From Candidatus Saccharimonadota bacterium (GTDB taxonomy: Bacteria; Bacteroidota; Bacteroidia; Cytophagales; Amoebophilaceae): 32,000 nucleotides of DNA. The notes beneath the pieces are model-generated. The model was not told the origin of the DNA. It was given only the letters and a program-made list of their open reading frames with translations, and did no database searches. The stretch covers positions 630,001-662,000 of the forward strand of contig NZ_OW441264.1 of the NCBI RefSeq assembly GCF_936981045.1, given 5' to 3'. Shown in pieces: positions 1 through 9,272 of this stretch. Each line of letters starts with the position of its first letter. Position 1 is the first letter of the stretch. A program made the translations under genes and the position numbers.

Positions 1-371
1 AAACGTTTTTTAACTGATTTAAAGCAAATATATCAAGCCTCAAGTAAGGAAGTTGCTGAACATTATCTATTGGAACTGGAAGAAAAATAGGAAAAAAAGT
101 ATCAGATGGTTACCAAATCTTGGCAAAATAATTGGGACCATTTATCTGCTTATTTTAGGTATTCAGGTTCTGTCAGAAGGCTAATTTATACAACCAATCC
201 CACAGAAAGCTTGCACAGGCAGATTAGACAATTTACTAAGACAAAGGGGGCATTTACCAGTATAAATTCCTTGTATAAAAACGATATCTCAGCTCGACAT
301 CTTTTTTCCCGGTAGGTTAAAGTTCGAGTTGAGATAGAGCGGTACTGTGACACAGTTCATTGAACACTTCC
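1..371 (+). mobile_element. IS256-family IS (type A), 3' fragment with degenerate transposase C-terminus and right inverted repeat
   Basis: Translation of 1..315 parallels the full type-A transposase at 5679..6918 (KRFLTDLKQIYQASSKEVAEHYLLELEEK, SVRRLIYTTNP.ESLHRQIR.FTKTKGAFTSIN). It has an in-frame TAG at 88..90 and an internal deletion. The terminal GTGACACAGTTCATTGAACACTTCC (347..371) matches the IR of the full copy (6968..6992). Confidence 0.8.
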
Positions 372-410
372 TACAAATAGCAAAATTACACTATCGACCT
401 ATCACAACGG

Positions 411-542
411 TCTCAACTCTTTTTAAACTCGTTAACTGAAGTAGAGCTCCTTTCCTCTTGAATGGTTTCCCAATCAATACTAACGGTAGTATGAGCCCCG
501 CAGACTTCTGATATCACCTCTATTGACTTCGCTTTACTTATA
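411..542 (-). mobile_element. Diverged 5'-region fragment of the type-1 group II intron
   Basis: The reverse complement aligns by eye, with scattered mismatches, to 14613..14745 of the intron in IS6 copy 2 (TATAAGTAAAGCGAA.TCAATA...GATTGGGAAACCA.TCAAGAGGAAAGG...CAGTTAACGAGTTTAAAA). It is bounded by the IS256-A end on one side and MITE copy 1 on the other. Confidence 0.6.
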
Positions 543-782
543 ACGTAAGTTCGGGATTTATTTTACTGATTTACAACAATTTAATATCAATTATTTAGTT
601 AATATTTGCACCTATTTAACAAGTTTTTATATCTAATTTTATAAATATAATATATATAATAAACTGATTATCAGAATTATTTTTTATTAAACTACCTATT
701 TAACTGTCTATAAAACAAATTTTATAAATTTTTATTAATATTGATTATCAAATGAAAAAATAATCTAATCCCGAACTCACGT
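543..782 (+). mobile_element. MITE copy 1 (240 bp, IS982-type termini), no target duplication
   Basis: Termini are ACGTAAGTTCGGGATT...AATCCCGAACTCACGT. The body is near-identical to the eight other copies. The flanks TTATA and TATTA differ. Confidence 0.9.
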
Positions 783-876
783 TATTAAAAAACTTAAGTA
801 TAAACGATTAAAGAAGTAACATAATTTAACCATTGTATAACACTAAAAGTCACTTTTTATACCAAAGCTTAAAACT

Positions 877-892
877 CTATTGCAACGGCCTC
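877..892. repeat. 16-nt motif CTATTGCAACGGCCTC (same motif forms the termini of the small element at 22778..22958)
   Basis: Exact or near-exact matches occur at 22782..22797 (reverse complement) and 22938..22953. This copy lies downstream of the leuS stop codon. Confidence 0.5.
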
Positions 893-1133
893 TAAATATG
901 AAAAAGATTAGGAAAATAAATAAGACACCTTGAGTCTTACAATAGGTACCTAGATCACTGAACAATAGATATGCTATATCTTTTAGCATATTTTTTAGTG
1001 AATATGCTAAAAGTAAAATTATATGCATATACAAGCAACCATCGAATGCCTGTGCTCCCCACCTGCGCCATGTATACATGGCTGTTATTTTTTCAGCTTC
1101 AACCCAATTTGTATTTTTCATAAACTCATGCTA

Positions 1134-3920
1134 TTATACAACTACATTTACCATTTTGTTAAGAACAATCACCACATTTTTAGGTGATTTACCTATAACC
1201 CATTTTTGAATCACTTCATTGGCCAATACTGCTTTTTCTATAGCCATAGAGGATGCATTACAGCCAAAAACCATTTTAGTACGCACCTTACCATTTACTG
1301 CAATAGGATATTCAAAACTTTTCTCTTCTAAGTATGCTTCATTCCAAAGTGGAAAAGCCACCTCTGTAATACTATCTGTTTTGTCTATACTTTCCCATAG
1401 CTCAGCAGCCATGTAAGGGGCAAAAGGTTCCAACAACAAAATAAAATCTGCTACAATAGATTGGGTGACCCTTTCAAAAGTTGATAACCTATTTAGACCA
1501 ATCATTAAACTACTTATAGCCGTATTAAAAGAACATTTTTGAATTGATTCTGTTACTTTTTTGATGGTTTTATGGATTACTTTAAGCATTTCCTGATGAG
1601 GAAGCAACTCAGTAGTGGCCCACGAAGCTTTTGCATGGTGTACAAAACGCCATACCTTATTCAGAAAACGAAAGACCCCTTCTATACCAGACAAATCCCA
1701 TGGTTTAGATTGTTCCAATGGTCCTAAAAACATCAAATACAAACGTAAAGCATCAGCGCCATATTGAGCAATAACCTTATCTGGGTCCACCACATTGTAT
1801 TTGGACTTAGACATTTTTTCCATTTTACTCCCACATATATATTTACCTCCTTCTAACAGGAAGCGCGCATCCGCAAATTCAGGGCGCCAATTTTTTAACG
1901 CTTTTAGGTCTAAAATATCTTTTTCTACAAACGCAGTAGGGATATAGATAGGAATGACATCATATTCCGATATAAGACCAGCACTCAGAAAGATATTTTG
2001 ATCTTTTAAACGATATGCTATTGCCGTAGGTTTTTGAATAAGCCCTTGATGGAATAATTTTGGAAATGGCTCACTTATATCAATGTGACCCAAATCATAC
2101 AATAGCTTGGTCCAAAAGCATGCATAAAGGAGATGTCCGGTTGCATGTTCTGCGCCACCTATATAAAAATCTACACCTTTCCAATAAGCTTCTTTTTCCT
2201 TACTCAGAAACGCTTCTGTATTATGTGGATCCATGTATCGCAAAAAATACCAACTAGAACCTGCCCAACCTGGCATAGTATAAAGGTCTAAAGGGTACCC
2301 CTCTGGGGTAGACCAACTGGATGCATTACCCAATGGTGGTGCACCAGATTTGTTTGGTTGATAACTACTTACTTCTGGTAATACAAGGGGTAGTTGGTCC
2401 TCAGAAAGGGCATAAGGAAGGCCATCTTCCTTATAGTATATTGGAAAAGGCTCTCCCCAATAACGTTGCCGACTAAATATAGGATCTTGTAATCTATAAT
2501 TAACCTTATACCTCCCAACCGTTTTTTGCGTAAGTTGTTGCATAACTTTTTCAACAGCTTCTGGTACAGAAAGTCCATTTAGAAAGTCAGAGTTAATCAT
2601 CCTACCTTTAGGTGTTTCATATGGACCATCTTTTATAAGGATCGTACTTTCTATTACAGGCAAGATGAGCAAATCAAAAGATTGTGCAAAGATATAATCT
2701 CGTTTATCATGAGCAGGAACACCCATAATAACACCTCTACCATAGCTGGGTAATACGTAATCTGCCACCCAGATAGGCAATGGGGAACCTGTAAAGGGAT
2801 GTATTACACAAGCACCTACAAATACACCGCTTAAAAAGGTAGTTTCTGCAAGACGACTTCTCTCTAAACGATTTTTAGCTTGCTCAATATAAGCAATAAG
2901 TTCTACATCACCTGTTTGTTGTGCTATAAAACTAGCCCAAGGATGCTCAGGTGCTAAGGCAATAAAACAAGCGCCAAAAATGGTCTCTGGTCTTGTGGTA
3001 AAAACCGTAATGGTCTCTCCTCGTTGGCCTTGTACCCTAAAGGTAATTTCTGCGCCTTGAGACTTGCCCAGCCAATTGCGTTGCATCTCTTTAGTAGAAA
3101 GTGGCCAATCTAAGGCTTCTAGATCGGTTAACAGACGTTCTGCATAGGCAGTCATACGTAAACTCCATTGCTTCATTTTTTTACGTGTGACTGGATAACC
3201 ACCTCTTTGAGAAAAACCATCTTTAACTTCCTCATTGGCCAAAACAGTACCCAATGCTTCACACCAGTTTACCATGCTATCTTTAAGATAAGCTAATCGA
3301 TAATGCAATAGTTTGGTTTGTTTTTCTGTTTCAGTAAATGCATTCCATTCCTCAGCTGAAAAAATAGGCGTATGGTCGTCACAAGCAGCTTGCACTTTGG
3401 TACTGCCGTGGAAAGTAAATTCCTGAATAAGGGTATCAATAGGGGCTGCTTTTTGTATAGCGGTATTGTACCAAGCATTGAACATTTGCAAAAATATCCA
3501 CTGTGTCCATTTATAATAGGCAGGTTCACTGGTATTGATTGATCGATCCCAATCGAAGTCTAAAGCAACTTGTTTAAGTTGTACTATATATTTTTCTATA
3601 TTTTTTGCAGTGGTAATGGCGGGATGTTGGCCGGTTTGAATAGCATGCTGCTCAGCAGGAAGACCAAAAGCATCAAATCCCATTGGATTCATCACACGGT
3701 ATCCACTATGCTTATAGTAACGAGATAATATATCTGAAGCGACATACCCCACGTAGTGCCCTACATGGAGTCCTTCCGCTGAAGGGTAAGGAAACATATT
3801 CAGTATATAATACTTGGGTACATTTTTAGTAGTAAGGGACCTACTATCTATAATAGATTTTTGTGCCTTCCATCTATTCTGCCATTTTTTTTCTATCTCG
3901 GTAAAAATATAGGGTTGCAT
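1134..3920 (-). CDS. leuS: Leucyl-tRNA synthetase
   Basis: A 928-aa uninterrupted ORF. It carries the class I aaRS HIGH-type motif (EGLHVGHYVGY) and KMSKS (KMEKMSKSKYN), and its length is typical of bacterial LeuRS with a CP1 editing domain. Confidence 0.97.
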   Translation of the reverse strand: MQPYIFTEIEKKWQNRWKAQKSIIDSRSLTTKNVPKYYILNMFPYPSAEGLHVGHYVGYVASDILSRYYKHSGYRVMNPMGFDAFGLPAEQHAIQTGQHPAITTAKNIEKYIVQLKQVALDFDWDRSINTSEPAYYKWTQWIFLQMFNAWYNTAIQKAAPIDTLIQEFTFHGSTKVQAACDDHTPIFSAEEWNAFTETEKQTKLLHYRLAYLKDSMVNWCEALGTVLANEEVKDGFSQRGGYPVTRKKMKQWSLRMTAYAERLLTDLEALDWPLSTKEMQRNWLGKSQGAEITFRVQGQRGETITVFTTRPETIFGACFIALAPEHPWASFIAQQTGDVELIAYIEQAKNRLERSRLAETTFLSGVFVGACVIHPFTGSPLPIWVADYVLPSYGRGVIMGVPAHDKRDYIFAQSFDLLILPVIESTILIKDGPYETPKGRMINSDFLNGLSVPEAVEKVMQQLTQKTVGRYKVNYRLQDPIFSRQRYWGEPFPIYYKEDGLPYALSEDQLPLVLPEVSSYQPNKSGAPPLGNASSWSTPEGYPLDLYTMPGWAGSSWYFLRYMDPHNTEAFLSKEKEAYWKGVDFYIGGAEHATGHLLYACFWTKLLYDLGHIDISEPFPKLFHQGLIQKPTAIAYRLKDQNIFLSAGLISEYDVIPIYIPTAFVEKDILDLKALKNWRPEFADARFLLEGGKYICGSKMEKMSKSKYNVVDPDKVIAQYGADALRLYLMFLGPLEQSKPWDLSGIEGVFRFLNKVWRFVHHAKASWATTELLPHQEMLKVIHKTIKKVTESIQKCSFNTAISSLMIGLNRLSTFERVTQSIVADFILLLEPFAPYMAAELWESIDKTDSITEVAFPLWNEAYLEEKSFEYPIAVNGKVRTKMVFGCNASSMAIEKAVLANEVIQKWVIGKSPKNVVIVLNKMVNVVV

Positions 3921-4224
3921 GTCTAAATATTATTCAGTAATCAGTAAAATCAATAATACATCGGGATGGCTTATACCCGTTCATAAACGTGTAGCCACTA
4001 GCTTCATCTAAAAATGGAATACACCTCTTTAATCTTTATAAGACGCCAATTTAGTTTAAAACTAATAAGAAAATATATAAATTTACCAATATTATTCTTG
4101 GGTTGATCCTAAGTTGGATATAGTTGGTGGGTATTGATTATTTATATTGGCATTGGCTATCTATTGCTTACCTTCTGTAGATTAGCCTTTTATTGAAGCT
4201 GACATTTGGTGTATGCAGGCTATT

Positions 4225-5206
4225 GTGTGCTGCAGCAAAGCAGTACTTAAGATAGAGGTAGGCCCTCCGCAATCTGTGTTCAGGCACTGGTTGCCAATGA
4301 CTGTAAGCTGCTATAGTAAAAAGCTGTGGTAGTGAGCGTTAAAGAAAAGATGCACAAGATGTATCACGTAAGGATGAGAGAGACGCATACAAGTGAACCA
4401 CCGTACATGTTTCGATAGATTTAAGTGATGTCAAAACCAGGTTAAGTACCAACACTAGGATAAGTTTGGAGGACACCTGATTACTGTCCAAGTGGCATCC
4501 GGCATAAAAGAGGCGTGACGCTCATCTAGGCTTAAGTATTGAACTGCAGGAACCTTCGTTTGTGATGTTAAAGAGAAAAGGCACAAGTAATAAATCTTAC
4601 AAGGCCAAAAGTATCGAAGCACAATCAAGGGGCGGAATAGTTCGTAGTAGTGATGAAGCAACTGTAATAGTTGTGGAGCAAAGGGGCTACCTTATCTAGT
4701 TACGTATGTATATCAACTAAAAAAATATAGGAGGAATATATAGATATGACAAAACCATTTACAATTTCTAAAAAGTTGGTGTGGGAAGCATATAAACAAG
4801 TTAAAGCCAACAGAGGGTCAGCAGGTATTGATCAAGAGTCAATTGATCAATTTGAGCTTAATCTGAAGGATAATCTGTATAAGGTTTGGAACAGAATGTC
4901 TTCAGGTAGTTATTTTCCACCACCTGTTAAAGCTGTTTTAATTCCAAAGAAAAGTGGAGGAACAAGAACATTAAGCGTTCTTACTGTTACTGATAGAATT
5001 GCGCAAACTATAGTAAAAAGTATACTAGAACCTGATCTAGAAAAGATATTTCATAAAGATTCTTATGGATATAGGCCAGGTAAAAGTGCACATGATGCTA
5101 TAGAAGTAACAAGGAAAAGAAGTAGGCAATATCCTTGGGTTGTTGAGTTTGACATAAAAGGACTATTTGATAATATAGATCACAAGCTGTTAATGAAAGC
5201 ATTAAG
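4225..5206 (+). mobile_element. Group II intron type 2, 5' part (ribozyme domains I-III plus truncated RT ORF)
   Basis: It starts with GTGTGC (4225..4230), as does the type-1 intron (GTGTGCAAC). About 520 nt of non-coding structured-looking sequence are followed by an RT ORF. It is cut off at 5206/5207 by an inserted IS end. Confidence 0.7.
4746..5206 (+). pseudogene. Group II intron reverse transcriptase, N-terminal ~153 aa only
   Basis: WEAYKQVKANRGSAGIDQES..., GGTRTLSVLTVTDRIAQ, YGYRPGKSAHDA and FDIKGLFDNIDHKLLMKAL are RT domains 0-3. The YADD domain and the maturase domain are missing. Confidence 0.85.
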
Positions 5207-5543
5207 TGTGAACTTTCAACAGAAACGCTACAAAAAATATAAAATTATATAGTAGATTATGTGGGATTGTGGGTAAGTTGTTAAACTTATCCATAGTCTC
5301 ACATGATAGCCTAGTGGACAATAAAACTCGTAAGGTTAATGCACGTAAGATTTGGGTACAAACTTATGAAACGTTAGTCTCTATAAGTAAGTTAGCTAGG
5401 CGTTGTGGTATTCCTAGATAAACTCTTTATCGTTGGTTAAAAAGGTATAAACAAGACGGTCTGGCAGGGCTACAGGATAAAACACAAAGACCTAATAAGC
5501 TTAGTAAGTTAAAAGTAACCCCTGATATGGGTCTTTTGTTTTA
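5207..5543 (+). pseudogene. IS481/IS3-like element left end with N-terminal HTH part of the transposase (in-frame TAA, truncated)
   Basis: It begins TGTGAACTTTCAACAG. Translation of 5302..5543 gives ...ISKLARRCGIPR*TLYRWLKRYKQDGLAGLQDKTQRPNKL, typical of the IS481/IS3 HTH region. No DDE domain follows. Confidence 0.55.
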
Positions 5544-5644
5544 AGTATGTAAATATATTTCGGGTTATATATTTAGATAAACTAAAATACTTAAAACAAT
5601 GAAAAGAAAAGAGACAGTTAAAGAGGTTCTGTCACGTCTATATT

Positions 5645-6992
5645 GGAAGTGTTCTATAAACTGTGTCACATCTCCTGTTCATCTCAACGTCTCTTTTAAT
5701 CTACCGGGAAAAAAGACGTCTATCTGAGATATGGTCAACGCCCAGTTTCGCAGTGGCATAGTCCATTTATCCTCGATCTTCTTTATGGCACAATATACTA
5801 ATTTATACAAAGCATTTATACTGGTAAACGCTCCTTTTGTCTTGGTAAACTTCCTAATCTGCCTATGCAAGCTTTCTATAGGATTGGTGGTATAAATTAG
5901 CCTTCTGACAGAATCTGAATACTTAAAATAACCAGACAAATGTTCCCAATTATTTTGCCAAGATTTGGTAACTATTGGATACTTCCCCCCCCCATTTTTC
6001 TTCTAATTCCAATAGATAATGCTCAGCAACTTCCTTACTTGAAGCTTGATATATTTGCTTTAAATCAGTTAAAAAACGTTTTACGTCTTTGCTAGCTACA
6101 TACTTGAGTGAGTTTCGTATCTGATGTACTACACAGACCTGCACTTGTGCATTAGGGAAAACGCTATTTATGGCTGAAGGAAAGCTTTTTAGGCCATCAA
6201 CACAGGCAATAAGGATATCTTCTACACCTCTTTCCTTAAGTTCGTTAAGTACACCCAACCAGAAGTTAGCCCACTCACTTTCAGACAAATAAAATCCCAA
6301 TACTTCTTTTTTACCCTCTTGATCTATGCCTAATAAGGTATACATGCATTTGCTTACACATCTGCCATCTTCTTTTACCTTAAAAAATATCCCATCCATG
6401 AAAACTATCGGATAAACTGATTGAAGAGGGCGGTTACGCCATTCATTTATTATCGGTAACAAGCTATCTGTAATAGATGATATTTCAGCAGCTGATACTT
6501 TATGATCATAGATCTCTTCAACATGAACGGCTATAGATTTATAGCTCATACCACTAGAAAACATGCTTAAGATCTTGCTTTCCAGCTCAGGATGTAGGCT
6601 TGTTTGACGCTTTTTAACTATTTGTGGATCGAAACTACCTGTCCTATCCCTAGGAGTTAGCAGATCAAAGGAACCAGAACTTGTACGTAAAGTTTTAGAG
6701 CTTTTGCCATTTCTTCTATTATTTTCTGTTGAATCACTAGATAAATGGTGTGCCATTTCACCTTCTAGACTTGCCTCTAGAAGCTTTTTTATCAGAGGCG
6801 TTAAAGCACCACCTTTTCCTGTTAAAGGCTTACCTAAACGGATAGAGCACAAAATATTTTCCTCCAGAAATTTGTAATCTACTAAACCAACATAGGAATT
6901 GTTCTTATTTTCTTCCATGTCTAAAACCTTTAATGTTTATTTAATTAATTTATAACTTTTTATCGCCTTGACACAGTTTATAGAACACTTCC
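5645..6992 (-). mobile_element. IS256-family IS type A, full length (1348 bp)
   Basis: The terminal inverted repeats are GGAAGTGTTCTATAAACTGTGTCAC (5645..) and GTGACACAGTTTATAGAACACTTCC (..6992). The element encloses a Mutator/IS256-type transposase. Confidence 0.9.
5679..6918 (-). pseudogene. IS256-family transposase split by a frameshift in a G9 (C9 on + strand) run
   Basis: ORFs 5950..6918 (322 aa) and 5679..5939 (86 aa) are consecutive parts of one transposase. Removing one G from the run at 5985..5993 fuses them (...EEKWGGKYPIVTKSWQNNWEHLSGYFKY...). Confidence 0.85.
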
Positions 6993-7011
6993 TTTGGATA
7001 TATATTGGGTA

Positions 7012-7119
7012 TTATTCGGCCATTAGCATAACAAAATTCTCAAAAGTAGAAAGATGATTTTTAGCTCCGATTACTTGTCCTTTTTGAATCATAGGAATGT
7101 TTTCTATCCCTGCAATGGT
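7012..7119 (-). pseudogene. IS6-family transposase C-terminal segment (TIAGIENIPMIQKGQVIGAKNHLSTFENFVMLMAE*)
   Basis: It matches the conserved IS6/IS26 C-terminal GIE....KGQ motif. The frame is closed by TAG immediately upstream, so it is only meaningful when joined to the N-terminal part. Confidence 0.7.
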
Positions 7120-7236
7120 CTAGAGTAAAGAAATGGTTGGACCACTTAAAATTAAGCATATCTATTGCTTCTGATTGCTCGCGATACAGTAACTGACTAA
7201 CTTGATTCTTCATTGTTTACCCATTCCCTTCTCATC

Positions 7237-7269
7237 CCACCGTACGTTCAGTTTTCCCGAATACGACGG
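7237..7269 (-). ncRNA. Group II intron domain V candidate (type-1 intron)
   Basis: The RNA reads CCGUCGUAUUCGGGAAAACUGAACGUACGGUGG. It forms an 8-bp basal helix (CCGUCGUA/UACGGUGG), a 2-nt CG bulge on the 3' strand and an upper helix with an A-rich loop. It starts about 15 nt after the RT stop codon. Folded by eye only. Confidence 0.55.
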
Positions 7270-7283
7270 TCTGACAGTCTTCT

Positions 7284-7625
7284 TCATAAACCTTGCACAA
7301 CTCTCTCAGGATACTTAATCATTCCACTACCAATGTACAACATCCCCATTGTATAGAGTTTGCTATTGGGATAGCTTTGCCACCCACACCCACGGCCTTT
7401 TCTTCTATGGGTTAAGTATCTGCGAAATCGGTTATTAATAAAGTCCTGCAATCTAACAAAAGCTTCACTCGCATTCGTATGTTTAAAATAGTTAACCCAT
7501 CCTAACACTACTAGTTTTATTTGCTCGATGAATGCTTGAGGTTTGATTGGTGCTCTTCTACAAGTCAGGTATTTTAGTCTGTTACGGATGCTTTGTTGGG
7601 ATTGTTTCATTGGAAATACATAAAT
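7284..7625 (-). pseudogene. Group II intron RT, C-terminal thumb/maturase (X) domain fragment
   Basis: RNRLKYLTCRRAPIKPQAFIEQIKLVVLGWVNYFKHTNASEAFVRLQDFINNRFRRYL is a typical maturase domain. The 5' part is cut off at 7625/7626. Confidence 0.8.
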
Positions 7626-7866
7626 ACGTGAGTTCGGGATTAGATTATTTTTTCATTTGATAATCAATATCAATGAAAATTTATAAAATTTGTTTTATTA
7701 GACAGTTAAATAGGTAGTTGAATAACAAATAATTCTGATAATCAGTTTATTATATATATTATATTTATAAAATTAGATATAAAAACTTGTTAAATAGGTG
7801 CAAATATTAACTAAATAATTGATATTAAATTGTTGTAAATCAGTCAAATAAATCCCGAACTCACGT
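7626..7866 (-). mobile_element. MITE copy 2 (241 bp) inside IS982 copy A
   Basis: ACGTGAGTTCGGGATTAGATTATTTTTT...CAGTCAAATAAATCCCGAACTCACGT. It abuts the inverted transposase N-terminal part at TACAA (the reverse complement of TTGTA). Confidence 0.9.
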
Positions 7867-8160
7867 TACAAGGGAGCTAACGTTCTTTGGATCAGTTCTA
7901 CAAATCTATTGTAGCTTACTAACTTTCCAAATTTACTAGAATGAAATTGCTGTAAATGAATATAATAAGACTTAAAATTTCTAAAACCAATCACATGAAA
8001 GGCAATAAGAACAGTCATTATTTCACTCAAAGTTAATGAACAAGTTCTAGTGGGTTTTCTTTTAGAGTTGGTTAACAGTTTTTTTTCCATATACGGCATA
8101 AACTTTATGAGAAATTCATCAACAGCATAATATATTTCAACTAATTATTTCTACATTCAT
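7867..8160 (-). pseudogene. IS982-family transposase N-terminal part (inverted, also frameshifted near codon 5)
   Basis: MPYMEKKLLTNSKRKPTRTCSLTLSEIMTVLIAFHVIGFRNFKSYYIHLQQFHSSKFGKLVSYNRFVELIQRTLAPL equals residues 21-97 of the ORF at 23693..24130. There is one extra T relative to copy B after ATGAATGTAGAAA. Confidence 0.85.
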
Positions 8161-8250
8161 AACTGGCTCCTTTGGATAATCTGGTTAGTATTTTTTTATC
8201 TCCAAATTTAAAACACAAAGGAGCTTTTTAAAGCTATTTTTTAACAAGCT

Positions 8251-8268
8251 AATCCCGAACTCACGTTT
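8251..8268 (-). repeat. IS982 IRL now internal, fused directly to the transposase C-terminal part
   Basis: CTAATCCCGAACTCACGT is followed by TTGTACTGTTTTAC. Upstream of it lies the IS982 5' leader in reverse orientation. Confidence 0.8.
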
Positions 8269-8860
8269 GTACTGTTTTACACAAAGTCTTGCTAAAACAA
8301 AAACAGGTTTTTATTTTATGGATGCAACAGCCATCAAGGTTTGCCATATCAAAAGAGCCTATACACACAGGGTTTTTAAATCGATTGCTACTAAAGGTAG
8401 AACCAGCATCGGTTGGTTTTTTGGATTAAAGTTTCACTTGATAGTCAATGATTTAGGAGAAATTATGAATTTTCAACTGACCACAGGTAAAACTAATGAT
8501 AGGCTTCCTGTAGAAAATTTATGTAAACACTTCATGGGTAAAATGTTTGCCGATAAAGGTTACATAAGCAAAGATTTATTTGAAAAACTGATCGAGAAAG
8601 GCGTGGAACTCATTACCCAGATCAGAAAAAATATGAAAAATTCTTTTATGCCACTTTGGGATAAACTGATGCTTAGAAAACGATCTATAATTGAAACTAT
8701 TATAGATCAGCTCAAAAATATTAGCCAGATAGAATATTCCAGGCATAGAAGCATACCTAATTTTCTAGTCAATTTGATAGCTGGAATTACAGCTTATGCA
8801 CTAAAAGAGAAAAAACCTTCTATAACTAATATATATATGACTGGTTCACAATACGTCTAA
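8267..8860 (+). pseudogene. IS982-family transposase C-terminal part (DDE region)
   Basis: YCFTQSLAKTKTGFYFMDATAIKVCH...FADKGYISKDLFEKL...IETIIDQLKN continues exactly where the N-terminal part ends (...TLAPL|YCFTQ, compare 23978..23990). Confidence 0.85.
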
Positions 8861-8897
8861 TCCCGAACTGAGGTTACAAGATTAAAAAATATATTTG

Positions 8898-8930
8898 AAA
8901 ATGCTCATCCGAAGGCATAAGCATTTTTTT
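8898..8930 (+). terminator. Candidate rho-independent terminator
   Basis: AAAATGCT-14 nt-AGCATTTT forms an 8-bp stem and is followed by a T7 run. It lies 24 nt beyond the IS982 right end. Confidence 0.4.
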
Positions 8931-9075
8931 AGTTGAGTTGGTAATAGCTATTTCTAATATATTCCAGTGTTTTACATGCTGCTAACAGGTTGCCTAAATT
9001 GCAAGAACGTAAATTCAAAATAAGGACAAAAATTTATATAAATTTTGATGATTTCAGCACACAAATATATTAAAA

Positions 9076-9208
9076 TTATTCATTTTCAGTATCATAGGCC
9101 CAGTTTGCTAATAAATACTTTGGCTTTATTCCTTCAATAAGGGTTTCAGCTTCCCTACAGTCAGCTGTGGTACCTTCCGTAATAATAGCCCTGACCGGCA
9201 TACCAGAC
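9076..9208 (-). pseudogene. IS5-family-like transposase fragment
   Basis: SGMPVRAIITEGTTADCREAETLIEGIKPKYLLANWAYDTENE* resembles the region around the second catalytic D of IS5-type DDE transposases. It is cut by the IS6 IRL at 9208/9209. Confidence 0.4.
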
Positions 9209-9272
9209 GGTTTTGTCGCGTTTATTCTAAAAAATCATTATTTTAGTATCTGCAGTTAAAAAAGTAGTTATT

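Larger units (their letters stand above)
5625..7625 (-). mobile_element. IS6-family element copy 0: right end, transposase C-terminal segment and 3' part of its group II intron; interrupted by IS256-A and truncated by IS982/MITE
   Basis: GGTTCTGTCACGTCTATATT (5625..5644) is the IS6 IRR. Positions 6993..7625 are collinear with 18686..19560 of the full copy, apart from that copy's MITE insertion. 33 nt of the IS6 end are missing at the IS256-A junction. Confidence 0.75.
7626..8874. mobile_element. IS982-family IS copy A carrying a MITE and an internal inversion
   Basis: After subtracting the MITE and its 5-bp duplication the element is about 1003 bp. Termini are ACGTGAGTTCGGGATTAG and CTAATCCCGAACTGAGGT. 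The N-terminal transposase part lies on the - strand and the C-terminal part on the + strand. Confidence 0.85.

Noticed and set aside
843-1121. 92-aa ORF immediately downstream of leuS on the minus strand
   Set aside because: It has low-complexity AT-driven composition and no recognisable motif. It overlaps the 16-nt repeat motif and the flank of a MITE, so it is most likely non-coding 3' sequence.
1219-3529. Short ORFs inside leuS (1219..1416, 2060..2257, 2369..2578, 3293..3529), and similar ones inside accC, map, the GT2 gene and the M23 gene
   Set aside because: They are embedded in, or antisense to, full-length conserved genes, and nothing independently supports them.
4455-4661. 68-aa minus-strand ORF upstream of the type-2 RT
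   Set aside because: It lies within the non-coding ribozyme portion (domains I-III) of the group II intron.
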